Positions 8,797 to 18,554 of a stretch of DNA of 64,000 nt are shown here, piece after piece. A program made the translations under genes and the position numbers. The stretch covers positions 291,552 through 355,551 of the forward strand of contig CAZOXU010000001.1 of assembly GCA_964583975.1 (NCBI GenBank), written 5' to 3'. The number at the start of each line of letters is the position of its first letter. The first letter of the stretch is position 1. Under the pieces are notes generated by a model, which saw nothing but the letters and a program-made list of their open reading frames with translations, searched no databases and was not told the DNA's origin. The DNA is from an uncultured Planctomycetales bacterium (lineage in GTDB: Bacteria; Omnitrophota; Gorgyraeia; Zapsychrales; Fredricksoniimonadaceae).

Positions 8797-8955
8797 AAAG
8801 TGATCTAAAATAAAAGAAATTTTTCTTGAGCTGCCTTAATTTGGGAATGGATTTATTTTATAGCAAATCAAAATATAAAATGTATAAAATTTTCAAAATT
8901 TACGGCTAAAAGGGGAATTTGATTTTTTAAGTCAAATCGAATAGAATGTTCTTCT

Positions 8956-9156
8956 ATGAAAATCACAATTAACGGCACATCCAAAGAATTCACCAACAAC
9001 CCGCATCTTTCAGACCTGGTCAACCAGTTCTGCAAAGAGCCCCGACACATCATCACCGAAGTTAATGGCAATATCATCGTGGCCAACAACTGGGGCAGTA
9101 CCGCCCTTAAAGATGGCGATACTGTCGAATTAGTGGCCTTTGTTGGAGGCGGTTAA
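8956..9156 (+). CDS. thiS: Sulfur-carrier protein ThiS
   Basis: 66 aa, ends in VGGG (Gly-Gly C-terminus), directly upstream of thiG. Confidence 0.8.
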   Translation: MKITINGTSKEFTNNPHLSDLVNQFCKEPRHIITEVNGNIIVANNWGSTALKDGDTVELVAFVGGG

Positions 9157-9944
9157 TGAGCGACTCTCCCCTGATCATTGGTGGCCGATCCTTTAAAAGC
9201 CGATTTTTCTTAGGCACTGGTAAATTCAAAAATAAACAGGACCTGAATGACTCTATTGTCGCTTCTGGGACAGAGATTGTTACCGTTGCGCTGCGGCGCA
9301 TTGATTTAGAACGTCATGAAGATAATATCCTTGAATACATCCCCCAAAATATCACCCTTTTAACCAATACCTCTGGCGCACGTACGGCCCAGGAAGCTGT
9401 CCGCATCGCACGCTTAGCCAAGGCTTCTGGCTGCGGCAATTGGGTCAAGATTGAAGTCATCAACGATAGCAAATACCTGCTGCCAGATAACGAACAGACA
9501 ATCAAAGCAACCGAAATCCTAGCTGCTGAAGGCTTTGTGGTTCTACCTTACATGTATCCCGATCTTTATACCGCCCGCGCTCTGGTGAAAGCTGGCGCAG
9601 CGACTGTCATGCCGCTCGGCTCTTTAATCGGCAGTAATCAAGGCCTAAAGACTCGTGAATTTATCAAAATCCTAATTGATGAAATTGATATTCCCATCGT
9701 AGTTGATGCCGGAATCGGCGCTCCTTCCCAAGCTGCGGAAGCAATGGAAATGGGCGCTGATGCGGTACTAACCAATACTGCTGTAGCCACGGCTGAGCAT
9801 CCAGCGTTATTAGCCAAGGCCTTTGCCCAAGCTGTCGAGTCAGGGCGTATGGCTTACTTAAGCCGATTGCCTGCTTCCAAAGATTTAGCCTCTGCTTCTT
9901 CTCCGCTGACTGGATTTTTGTATGATCCCCTTACAAAAAATTAA
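9156..9944 (+). CDS. thiG: Thiazole synthase ThiG
   Basis: TIM-barrel ThiG family ([19 protein letters not shown] motifs); start overlaps the thiS stop. Confidence 0.9.
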   Translation: MSDSPLIIGGRSFKSRFFLGTGKFKNKQDLNDSIVASGTEIVTVALRRIDLERHEDNILEYIPQNITLLTNTSGARTAQEAVRIARLAKASGCGNWVKIEVINDSKYLLPDNEQTIKATEILAAEGFVVLPYMYPDLYTARALVKAGAATVMPLGSLIGSNQGLKTREFIKILIDEIDIPIVVDAGIGAPSQAAEAMEMGADAVLTNTAVATAEHPALLAKAFAQAVESGRMAYLSRLPASKDLASASSPLTGFLYDPLTKN

Positions 9945-10938
9945 AGACTTACTTGAGGACCAACGCCCGCAAGCCCTAGAAGAAATTGCCCAGGAAGCTG
10001 CTCGGGTGACTCGACAATATTTTGGCCGTACTATTGGATTGTATGCCCCGCTTTATTTATCGAATTACTGCTCCAGTCATTGCACCTACTGCGGCTTTCA
10101 TAGTAATAACAAAATTACTCGCATAAAGCTTACTCCTGATCAATATCGCCAAGAAATGCAGGTCATTCACTCTCAAGGCATCCGTAATATTCTCATGCTT
10201 ACAGGCGAATCATATAAACACACGCCGGTTGAATATTTAAAAGAAGCAGCCCAGGCTGCCTCGGAGTATTTTCAAGGCATTGCACTTGAAGTCCATCCTA
10301 TGAAAACCAATGAATATCAAGAACTCTTTACTGCAGGGGTCGATGGCATTACGGTTTATCAGGAAACCTATGACCGCAGCCGCTATGCGCAGGTGCATCT
10401 TTCTGGCTACAAAAAAGATTATGATTTTAGACGAGCCACTCCCCAGCGAGCTGCTGAAGGTGGCATGCGCCAGATTGCCATGGGCGTTCTTTTAGGATTG
10501 AGTGATGCTGCTAGCGATCTTCTAGAACTTTATAACCACTTACGCGAGATGGAACAATCTTTTCCTGGCGTTGAGTACAGCGTTTCCTTTCCCAGGCTTC
10601 GCACTATTAAAGACAAAGAATTTGCCCACTGTGATGTCGATGATATCCAATTAACCAAGATTGTTGCCTTAACACGCATCCTTTTTCCTCGGGTAGGAAT
10701 CAATCTTTCCACCCGTGAAGATGCGCGCTTACGTGATCATTTGCTTGAAATCGGAATTACCCGTATGTCCGCAGGTTCAAATACATCGGTGGGTGGATAC
10801 TCTCTGCTGAACGAAGAAGAACAAGACCCTCAATTTGATATTAAAGATGAACGCTCGGTGGCTGATATTATTGCCCTACTTAAACGTAAGAATTTTGATC
10901 CTGTCTTTACGGACTGGCGACGAATTGAAAATAGGTAA
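9922..10938 (+). CDS. thiH: Radical-SAM 2-iminoacetate synthase ThiH (tyrosine lyase)
   Basis: [10 protein letters not shown] radical-SAM cluster motif; located in the thiS-thiG-thiH cluster. Confidence 0.8.
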   Translation: MIPLQKIKDLLEDQRPQALEEIAQEAARVTRQYFGRTIGLYAPLYLSNYCSSHCTYCGFHSNNKITRIKLTPDQYRQEMQVIHSQGIRNILMLTGESYKHTPVEYLKEAAQAASEYFQGIALEVHPMKTNEYQELFTAGVDGITVYQETYDRSRYAQVHLSGYKKDYDFRRATPQRAAEGGMRQIAMGVLLGLSDAASDLLELYNHLREMEQSFPGVEYSVSFPRLRTIKDKEFAHCDVDDIQLTKIVALTRILFPRVGINLSTREDARLRDHLLEIGITRMSAGSNTSVGGYSLLNEEEQDPQFDIKDERSVADIIALLKRKNFDPVFTDWRRIENR

Positions 10939-10943
10939 AAAAT

Positions 10944-11048
10944 GTCATCCCCGAATGCTTTTATCGGGGATCCAGGCACAAGTGCCAGCCAGAGGCTGGT
11001 CAGCCCTGGACTGAAACTAGGTTCCCGATTAAAACGTTCGGGGATGAC
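10944..11048. repeat. Family I palindromic element, copy 2 (105 bp, extra GC-rich hairpin inserted in its centre)
   Basis: GTCATCCCCGAATGCTTTTATCGGGGAT...GTTCCCGATTAAAACGTTCGGGGATGAC, with the internal palindrome CCAGCCAGAGGCTGG. Intergenic between thiH and thiF. Confidence 0.85.
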
Positions 11049-11060
11049 ATAAGGTTATCC

Positions 11061-11669
11061 ATGAATATCTTTGAACAAGGCCTTTTAAAATACTTAAAAC
11101 CCGAACAGTTACATCAAATCCAATCTAAAAAGATCGGTATTGGTGGCGCGGGCGGATTGGGTTCGAATTGCGCCATGATGCTGGTACGAACAGGTTTTAA
11201 ACATTTTGAAATTATCGACAAAGATGTGATCGATCCTTCAAATTTAAACCGTCAGCAATACTTCATTGATGAAATTGGCTTATCCAAGGTTGAAATCACC
11301 AAGCAGAGGCTTTTAAAAATCAATCCGCAGGCTGAAATCATTATTCACCAAGCAGAGTGGAATGAACAAAATGCTGATCAATTCTTCAAAGGTTTTGATT
11401 TTATTGTAGAAGCCTTTGATGTGGCTGATTGGAAATACCGCTTCGCGCAGTACCACTCTCCTCGTTTTCCTGTAGTTGTTAGCGGTGTTGGAATGGCAGG
11501 CTTGACTCAAAAGCAACCCATGACGGTCAAAAAGATGGGCAATATCTACATCTGTGGAGATAGAAACACTGACTCGCACCAAGGCCATCCACCTATGGCT
11601 CCGCGCGTGAGTGCTTGTGCAGCCATGATGGCTGAGACCATTCTCGATTTAACTCTTAATATTAAATAG
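11061..11669 (+). CDS. thiF: ThiF/MoeB-family adenylyltransferase (short E1-like form)
   Basis: Gly-rich Rossmann motif GIGGAGGLGS; ~200 aa; last gene of the thi cluster. Confidence 0.7.
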   Translation: MNIFEQGLLKYLKPEQLHQIQSKKIGIGGAGGLGSNCAMMLVRTGFKHFEIIDKDVIDPSNLNRQQYFIDEIGLSKVEITKQRLLKINPQAEIIIHQAEWNEQNADQFFKGFDFIVEAFDVADWKYRFAQYHSPRFPVVVSGVGMAGLTQKQPMTVKKMGNIYICGDRNTDSHQGHPPMAPRVSACAAMMAETILDLTLNIK

Positions 11670-11670
11670 A

Positions 11671-12267
11671 TTATTTACTCGTGGCAGGCTTTTCCTGGCA
11701 TCCAGCAGGGTCGCCTTTGCGGGTGCCAAAAAGCTTCTTGGCTTCTGCGAACTCTGTAGTGAATCCCCACTGCTGGATTAACTGATTAGCAGCCCGCTCG
11801 GCATTGCAATCGACATTACCATTTTTGATGTGTTCTAAAATACGATGGGCTATTTCGTGGGCTACCACTCCTTCAATGGCTTGCGTGGCCTTAGCGATCC
11901 CTAGCCCCTGCCCCAACTTAATTAAAGTGAAACCTTCCTGACAACAAGGTGGATCATTAGGGCCAACTAAAAACTCAGTGGAAGAAGCAAAGCGGGATGT
12001 ACCATCCACAGAATAGTCGACAAAAATCACAGGACGATTGCGATTAGTGATGTAAGCATAATCCTTGTAGGGCATCTTCAATAGAACCTGAAGAATAGCT
12101 TTATAAATGATGGAGCTCTCATCAATGGCACAAAACTCAGCCAAATATTTCTTGGCACTTAAGGGGCGGTCGTCTGAAGAGGCAAACACCAAATTGATAA
12201 ACAACAAAGACATTAAGCATACAACAATTAATCTCATTTCTTTAGTTGTTCTCCAACGCAAGAACAT
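11671..12267 (-). CDS. Secreted hypothetical protein with HExxH (HEIAHRILEH) putative zinc-metallopeptidase motif
   Basis: Signal peptide at the internal start MRLIVVCLMSLLFINLVFA, and a C-terminal HExxH. Confidence 0.35.
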   Translation of the reverse strand: MFLRWRTTKEMRLIVVCLMSLLFINLVFASSDDRPLSAKKYLAEFCAIDESSIIYKAILQVLLKMPYKDYAYITNRNRPVIFVDYSVDGTSRFASSTEFLVGPNDPPCCQEGFTLIKLGQGLGIAKATQAIEGVVAHEIAHRILEHIKNGNVDCNAERAANQLIQQWGFTTEFAEAKKLFGTRKGDPAGCQEKPATSK

Positions 12268-12485
12268 CGCGAATCAGAAAAGATCGACCATTTAAAATCA
12301 TATCCTGGGAAACCTTGTTCCGTACATTTCTTTTCACATTCCTTAGTTTTTATAGGAGCTTGTTCGTTCTTGGTATAAGCAAAATAGATCAACCCTACAA
12401 TAATTGGAATACAAATAACACTTAGGATAACTATACGTGAAAACTTAGAGTCACCATCTTGGCTACTTTGAGAATTATTGGTCAT
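12234..12485 (-). CDS. Small single-TM, Cys-rich hypothetical protein
   Basis: One N-terminal TM helix, six Cys in the C-terminal ~45 aa. Overlaps the downstream gene by 34 nt. Confidence 0.3.
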   Translation of the reverse strand: MTNNSQSSQDGDSKFSRIVILSVICIPIIVGLIYFAYTKNEQAPIKTKECEKKCTEQGFPGYDFKWSIFSDSRCSCVGEQLKK

Positions 12486-12508
12486 TTTTTATCCTTTGTA
12501 GTTGCCTG

Positions 12509-14476
12509 TTAAATGACTCGATCATTTCCCCCATCTATGGGGATTTGCGCGCCGGTGGTCTTGGCAAAGATGCGACCTGCCAAGCAACAAACTAAATCAG
12601 CCACATGATAAGAGGTGATTTCTGTCTTTAAAAGATTGCTCTTTTTGTAGTCTTCAATCGACAGACCATAAGCTTTGGCGCGCTTCTCTAAAACTTCCTT
12701 GGTCCAAATCGCTGTATCAAATACTTGATTAGGATGAACCACATTCACACGAATACCTTGGGGCGCTAATTCCAGAGCTGCCACTCTGGCCATTTGGGTT
12801 AGACCTGCCTTGGCGACCGAATACGCCCCTGCTCCAGGGCCTGGTGCTGGAACATTCTTAGAACCAATGATAATAAAGGTCGGATCAATACCCTGACTCA
12901 AATACGAAATAGCAGCCTTCAACAAACGCTGATGCGAAGTTAAATTAATCTTCACGCTGCGATCCCAAGTCTCAGGATTCATATTCTCAAGAGTTTCGCT
13001 GGCAGGAAAAATACCTGCATTACTCACCACAATATCCAAACCACCAAATCGTCTGACCGTGGCAGCCACAGCTTTCTGCAATTCAGCATCCTTAGTCACA
13101 TCACAAACCATTCCTACCACACTTACTCGGTTAAAGATCTTGGTAATTTCCTTATTGATATCAAGCGCCACTACGTGTGCTCCCTGAGCAGCTACTCTCT
13201 CAACACAGGCCTTGCCGATCCCGCTCGCCGCGCCAGTCACCAATGCAATCTTGCCTTGCAGCTCGAGCGGCTTAGGGTTCTTGGCAAGCTTGGCTTGCTC
13301 GAGCTCCCAGTATTCCATCTCAAAAATATCTTTCTCAGACAAAACCTTCCAGCCGCCCAAGCCCTCGGCAATCTGAATAGCAGCAATCGTATGCTCCACG
13401 ATATCGGAAATGATCTGGGCATCCTTGATCGAGCGACCAAAGCTTACTAACCCTTGTCCTGGCCACACAGCCCAGCGTGGGGCTAGATCAAGGCACTTCA
13501 ATTTGTTATTGGTATTGCAGTCAAAATAGAATTGATAATTCTTAGCGTAGGCTACGACATCCTTGGCAGGATCTTTGCCGATGACAACCGGAATAGGTTT
13601 GGTGCGAATCACGTGATCAGGGGTGAGTGTGCCTCGGGTGGCGATTTTTCCTACATCTGGAAGTTTTGAGAAGCCAACTGAACCAGCATCGTTTCTTAAA
13701 TCGGCAATAACTGCTGCCCCCAAAGCTACCGAGACAGCCTTTCGTATTTTACTTAAGGTTAATAACTCTTCCGAGCCAGCCTTGGCCGAAGCAATCTTAA
13801 TTCGCTTCTTAGCAATGAACTTCTCTGCCTCGATGACTAACCGGATATGATTTTCGTAGCTCGTCTTGGCATCATCACCAAAGGTGAATAAGCCATGGTT
13901 TAATAAAACAATGCCCTCGCACTTACTCCAATTCAGATCACGTGTCATTTCATAAACTTTTTTAGCTAACACAAAGCCAGGCATTACATAAGGAACAACT
14001 AAAACGCGATTGCCGTAAATTTCTTTAATAAGCGAGGCACCCTTAGGCGTATTGGTAATGGTTACAACAGCATCAGTGTGTGAGTGATCGACAAAGGTAT
14101 GTGGAATAATGGCGTGCAGGATGGCTTCGACCGACGGATTGGGTGCATGCGGATTAATCATGGCTGCTCTTTGCCCCACGACCATTTGCGCATCAGACAG
14201 CTCTGAAAAGGTAGCCATACGCTTTAAGGCGTCCAACCTGACAGCAGCAAACCCTTCCGCTTCAATCGTAGCTAAATCCCAGCCACTGGCTTTAATATAG
14301 AGAACTTCTTGGGTGTCTTGGAAGAAATCTTTGACGAGGGCTTTGACAGAAGTATTGCCACCCCCGTGCATAACCAGGGATGGCTCTCTTCCTAAAAGAC
14401 GAGACGTGTAAACACGTAGCTTTAGTGGATCATTTCCACAAACATCCGCTACCTGTTGGTCCCACAAACTTTTCAT
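12509..14476 (-). CDS. Bifunctional class II aldolase/adducin-domain plus short-chain dehydrogenase (rhamnulose-1-phosphate aldolase/SDR-like)
   Basis: N-terminal class II aldolase domain; C-terminal SDR with the TGAASGIGKA Rossmann motif and a YxxxK region. Confidence 0.75.
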   Translation of the reverse strand: MKSLWDQQVADVCGNDPLKLRVYTSRLLGREPSLVMHGGGNTSVKALVKDFFQDTQEVLYIKASGWDLATIEAEGFAAVRLDALKRMATFSELSDAQMVVGQRAAMINPHAPNPSVEAILHAIIPHTFVDHSHTDAVVTITNTPKGASLIKEIYGNRVLVVPYVMPGFVLAKKVYEMTRDLNWSKCEGIVLLNHGLFTFGDDAKTSYENHIRLVIEAEKFIAKKRIKIASAKAGSEELLTLSKIRKAVSVALGAAVIADLRNDAGSVGFSKLPDVGKIATRGTLTPDHVIRTKPIPVVIGKDPAKDVVAYAKNYQFYFDCNTNNKLKCLDLAPRWAVWPGQGLVSFGRSIKDAQIISDIVEHTIAAIQIAEGLGGWKVLSEKDIFEMEYWELEQAKLAKNPKPLELQGKIALVTGAASGIGKACVERVAAQGAHVVALDINKEITKIFNRVSVVGMVCDVTKDAELQKAVAATVRRFGGLDIVVSNAGIFPASETLENMNPETWDRSVKINLTSHQRLLKAAISYLSQGIDPTFIIIGSKNVPAPGPGAGAYSVAKAGLTQMARVAALELAPQGIRVNVVHPNQVFDTAIWTKEVLEKRAKAYGLSIEDYKKSNLLKTEITSYHVADLVCCLAGRIFAKTTGAQIPIDGGNDRVI

Positions 14477-14489
14477 AAATTAATCTCAT

Positions 14490-14557
14490 GTCATCCCCGA
14501 ATGTATTTATCGGGGATCTAGTACACTAGGTTCCCGATTAAAGCATTCGGAAACGAC
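14490..14557. repeat. Family I palindromic element, copy 3 (68 bp, right terminus degenerate)
   Basis: GTCATCCCCGAATGTATTTATCGGGGATCTAGTACACTAGGTTCCCGATTAAAGCATTCGGAAACGAC. Intergenic between the aldolase/SDR gene and cysK. Confidence 0.85.
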
Positions 14558-14568
14558 AGAAAGTTTTC

Positions 14569-15501
14569 TTAGCTTCGGTATTCTGCGAAAAGATCCGTCG
14601 ATAAATAGCGTTCGCCTGTTGAAGGGATGATGGCTACAATCAACTTACCCTTATTCTCTGGACGTCGACCAACCTGAATAGCAGCTTCAATCGCCGCACC
14701 AGAAGAAATACCGCAAAGAATCCCTTCTTCTTTAATAAGACGTTTGGCCATGGCAAAGGCTTGATCGTTATCGATTTGGATCACTTCATCAATGAGCTTA
14801 GTGTCTAAGATACTGGGTACAAATCCTGCTCCGATTCCTTGAATTTTATGAGGACCAGGTGCCCCGCCAGAAAGAACTGGAGAAGCTTTAGGTTCGATCG
14901 CAATCGCCTTAAATGAAGGTTTGCGAGCTTTAATCACTTGAGACACACCGGTTAATGTTCCGCCAGTACCAATACCAGAAATCAGAATATCAACCTTACC
15001 ATCGGTATCGCGCCAAATTTCTTCAGCGGTAGTCAGACGATGGATTTCAGGATTAGCTGGGTTATCAAACTGTTGAGGCATGTAATATTTAGCATCGCTG
15101 TCAGCCAACTCTTTGGCCTTCTTGATCGCTCCACGCATGCCTTCTGGGCCAGGGGTTAAGATCAACTCAGCACCCAAAGCTTTTAGAAGGGCTCGACGTT
15201 CGAGTGACATGGTTTCAGGCATAGTCAAAAGGAGTTTATAACCTTTCACAGCGCAAACAAACGCTAAGGCAATACCAGTATTTCCAGAAGTTGGCTCGAC
15301 AATGACAGTGTCTTTCTTGATTTTGCCTGCTTTTTCAGCAGCTTGAATCATGTTAAAACCGATGCGATCTTTGACTGAGCCTAGTGGGTTATAAAACTCC
15401 AACTTGCCAACGATGGTAGCCTGGCAGTCCTTGGTGACTTTATTGATTCTAACAAGCGGTGTATTACCTATTAATTCTGTGATGTCATTTGCAATTTTCA
15501 T
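14569..15501 (-). CDS. cysK: Cysteine synthase A (O-acetylserine sulfhydrylase)
   Basis: PLP-enzyme motifs [12 protein letters not shown] and GIGTGGT; 310 aa. Confidence 0.9.
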   Translation of the reverse strand: MKIANDITELIGNTPLVRINKVTKDCQATIVGKLEFYNPLGSVKDRIGFNMIQAAEKAGKIKKDTVIVEPTSGNTGIALAFVCAVKGYKLLLTMPETMSLERRALLKALGAELILTPGPEGMRGAIKKAKELADSDAKYYMPQQFDNPANPEIHRLTTAEEIWRDTDGKVDILISGIGTGGTLTGVSQVIKARKPSFKAIAIEPKASPVLSGGAPGPHKIQGIGAGFVPSILDTKLIDEVIQIDNDQAFAMAKRLIKEEGILCGISSGAAIEAAIQVGRRPENKGKLIVAIIPSTGERYLSTDLFAEYRS

Positions 15502-15555
15502 ACTGATCTCCCCTAACAGGACTCCGCTGCTTGGGCCAACAGCCCAAGCGGAGCC

Positions 15556-17436
15556 TCATTGTTTAGTACTACTTTTTATTTTTCTTAAATAAACCATCAT
15601 TAAAGTGATCGCTGCTGGTGTCATACCAGAAATGCGATTGGCTTGTCCCAAGGTCGTAGGTGCAAAACGCTTTAATTTCTCTACGATTTCTTTGGAAAGA
15701 CCAGGTATTGTATCAAATTTTAGATCTGATGGAATGCGTATATATTCAATATGCTTGAATTTCTCTACATCTTTATTTTGTCGTGAGATAAAGCCTTCAT
15801 ATTTAATTTCGTACTCAACTTGCGAGATCACTTGTTCGCCTTGATCTTTAAGCGTGCCATCGAAATCTGCAATCATATGGTAATTCACCTGTGGTCTTTT
15901 TAACAAATCATATAACGAGGTTGGTTGACGCAAGGCGCTGGTATTGTTATCTTCTAAAATCTTATCTAACTCGGTGCCAGGATTAACCTTGGTCTGACGC
16001 AAATGCTCGATCTCTTTTTCGATCATGGCATATTTGTTCTCGACCTTCTGGTATTCCTCATCCGATAAAAGGCCTAAGGCATGGCCTAGACTTGAAAGCC
16101 TGCGATCAGCATTATCCTCACGCACAATCAAGCGGTACTCCACACGCGACGTAAACATACGATAAGGCTCTTCAGTTCCCTTAGTTACTAAATCATCAAT
16201 TAATACTCCGATATACGACTGCCGATCTAAAATGAATGGTTCTTGGTTTTTCACGATCAAAGCGGCATTGATTCCAGCAATTAACCCTTGAGCACCAGCT
16301 TCTTCATAGCCTGTAGTCCCATTGATTTGTCCTGCCATAAACAACCCTTTAATCTTCTTGGTCTCTAAGGTTGGTTTTAAGTCGGTTGCATCCACAACTC
16401 CATGTTCAATTGAATAACCTGGACGAACAATAATAGCTCGCTCTAAGCCAGGAATCGAATGCACAAATTCTTCCTGCACGTTGGCTGGAAGTCCTGTAGA
16501 AATACCATTGGGATAATATTCAAAGGTGTCCAATCCTTCTGGCTCGAGAAATACGTGATGCGTCGCTTTATCAGCAAATTTTTTTAATTTATCTTCGATC
16601 GAGGGGCAATAACGCACCCCAGTTGCCTGGATCTGCCCAGAGTACATTGGGGACAAATGAAAATTAGCACGAATGATATCATGGGTCCTCTCAACAGTTC
16701 TAGTGATATGGCATGGTAGCAGCTTTTGTTCTTTAGGAATACATGGTGTGCGAAATGAAAATGGCACAGGTGGATTATCAGAATCCTGGCGCTCTAAATT
16801 GGTAAAATCAATGCTGCGCCCATCAATGCGTGGCGGAGTACCTGTTTTAAACATACGGACTGATAAACCAAGATGTCGGATCGAGTCAGCCAGCCGATTC
16901 GATGCTTCCTCCCCAATACGACCTCCCACGGTGATCTGTGGGCCTACGTGGATACGTCCATTTAAAAATGTACCAGTTGTGATTACTAAAGCTTGTGCGT
17001 AAATGGTTGAGCCATCATTGGTCTTAATGCCTTTAAAACAACCGCCTTCAACGATGATTTCGGTTACCTTATCAGCTTTGACTGTTAAATTTTTTTGATT
17101 GAGAACGACCGACTGCATGTAGAGTCTGTATTGTTTGCGGTCGCTCTGGCAGCGGGAAGAACGTACGGCTGGGCCTTTAGAGGCATTTAACTGACGAAAT
17201 TGGATTCCGGTGCGGTCGGCAGCCAAACCCATTTCACCACCTAGGGCGTCAATTTCCTTAACCAATTGTCCCTTACCAACCCCGCCAATGGCTGGATTGC
17301 AGCTCATTTGGCCAATGGTATCTTTGGATAAGGTGACCATCAGCGTGCGAACACCCATGCGCGCCGAAGCTAAGGCAGCCTCTACGCCTGCGTGTCCAGC
17401 ACCGATTATAATTGTATCGAAATTTGAATTTTCCAT
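15556..17436 (-). CDS. mnmG: tRNA uridine-5-carboxymethylaminomethyl modification enzyme MnmG (GidA)
   Basis: FAD-binding DTIIIGAGHAGVEAA N-terminus, GRxxE..SN motif; 626 aa. Confidence 0.95.
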   Translation of the reverse strand: MENSNFDTIIIGAGHAGVEAALASARMGVRTLMVTLSKDTIGQMSCNPAIGGVGKGQLVKEIDALGGEMGLAADRTGIQFRQLNASKGPAVRSSRCQSDRKQYRLYMQSVVLNQKNLTVKADKVTEIIVEGGCFKGIKTNDGSTIYAQALVITTGTFLNGRIHVGPQITVGGRIGEEASNRLADSIRHLGLSVRMFKTGTPPRIDGRSIDFTNLERQDSDNPPVPFSFRTPCIPKEQKLLPCHITRTVERTHDIIRANFHLSPMYSGQIQATGVRYCPSIEDKLKKFADKATHHVFLEPEGLDTFEYYPNGISTGLPANVQEEFVHSIPGLERAIIVRPGYSIEHGVVDATDLKPTLETKKIKGLFMAGQINGTTGYEEAGAQGLIAGINAALIVKNQEPFILDRQSYIGVLIDDLVTKGTEEPYRMFTSRVEYRLIVREDNADRRLSSLGHALGLLSDEEYQKVENKYAMIEKEIEHLRQTKVNPGTELDKILEDNNTSALRQPTSLYDLLKRPQVNYHMIADFDGTLKDQGEQVISQVEYEIKYEGFISRQNKDVEKFKHIEYIRIPSDLKFDTIPGLSKEIVEKLKRFAPTTLGQANRISGMTPAAITLMMVYLRKIKSSTKQ

Positions 17437-17543
17437 AGATTATCTGACCTTTAATCCTCGGGCCAAGAGAGTAAAATTTACAACGAAAGTCACGAATTGT
17501 CAAATGTTTACGAATAACTGCCTATTAAAAAATTGATTAAAAA

Positions 17544-18554
17544 TTAGGAGGAAGGTGGAGCGCAAGATTCCCTAATAATCAGATCAGGTGAGAGCACTTT
17601 CTGGACCAAGGTTTGCCCTTTGGATTGCATGGCTTCATAGATGATTTTGACAGCCTCTTCACCCATAGAAAACAAAGGTTGTTTGATGGTAGTCAAGGCC
17701 ACCGATCCAAAAAGACCAGCAGGGTTATCATCAAAACCAATGACAGAGATATCTTCAGGCACCTTGATTCCATTTTCATGCGCTACCGAGATGATTTCTA
17801 AGGCCATATCATCGCTAGCGGCAAAAATTGCTGTGGGAGGATTCTCTAAAGAGAAGAAATGAGCTGCTGCTTCACGGGCGGAACGTCTGGAATAATCCCC
17901 TTTAAAGAAATATTCGGGATTAAAATCAACGCCCTTTTTCATTAACGTCTTTTGAAAACCTTCATATCGATCAATACCTGCCTGGGTCTGCATATTTCCT
18001 GTGACAGTGGCGATACGTTTATGACCTAAGCTAATTAAATACTCGGCAGCAATCACTCCACCCTTCACATTATCAACGGCAATATAACTTACATTCAAAT
18101 CTTTGACCAAATGATTGATAATCAAGGCTGGCGTACCATCCGTGAGGGCATCTTCGACTTGCGCACGGTTTTCAATGATATCTGCAAAAATGAGTCCCCC
18201 TGCATAACTAGAACGCAAAGGACTTTTACCATCGGTAATGTAAAAGATTAAGTCCAAATGCTGGGTTTCGCAGCCATGACCAATGCCACGCATCAATTCA
18301 ACCGCATAAAAAGAATGGAATATACCTGGAAAACCTGGAATGACAAAGCCAACGGCGGTACCAATACCACCTTTAGCAAGACGTTGAGCAGTTGGATTGG
18401 GTCGAAATTTTAATTCGCTAATGGCTTCTTCAACACGGGCGGCAATTTGCTTATCAACGGTAGAAACTTTGTTGATAACACGAGATACGGTGGTAATGGA
18501 GACATTAGCCTTTTTGGCTACATCTGTAATGCTGATTCTTTTGGAAGATTTCAT
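17544..18554 (-). CDS. LacI-family transcriptional regulator
   Basis: N-terminal HTH ITDVAKKANVSITTVSRVIN and periplasmic-binding-fold sugar-sensor domain. Last gene of the glycan-utilisation operon. Confidence 0.85.
   Translation of the reverse strand: MKSSKRISITDVAKKANVSITTVSRVINKVSTVDKQIAARVEEAISELKFRPNPTAQRLAKGGIGTAVGFVIPGFPGIFHSFYAVELMRGIGHGCETQHLDLIFYITDGKSPLRSSYAGGLIFADIIENRAQVEDALTDGTPALIINHLVKDLNVSYIAVDNVKGGVIAAEYLISLGHKRIATVTGNMQTQAGIDRYEGFQKTLMKKGVDFNPEYFFKGDYSRRSAREAAAHFFSLENPPTAIFAASDDMALEIISVAHENGIKVPEDISVIGFDDNPAGLFGSVALTTIKQPLFSMGEEAVKIIYEAMQSKGQTLVQKVLSPDLIIRESCAPPSS

Noticed and set aside
8797-8955. Expected TPP riboswitch upstream of thiS.
   Set aside because: I could not find the conserved THI-box elements (CUGAGA, ACCUGAUCYGGNUAAUACCNGCG) in this AT-rich leader. 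Either it is absent or too divergent, so I do not annotate an ncRNA.
11150-11175. GGTTCGAAT (tRNA T-loop-like) string.
   Set aside because: It lies inside the thiF Rossmann-motif codons (GGLGSNCAMM). No acceptor or anticodon stems are around it. No tRNA genes are evident anywhere in the window.
11061-11669. ThiF-like E1 as part of a ubiquitin-like or CBASS-type defence module.
   Set aside because: It sits directly after thiS-thiG-thiH on the same strand, with no E2/JAB/cyclase partners. It is most simply the thiamine-pathway ThiF.
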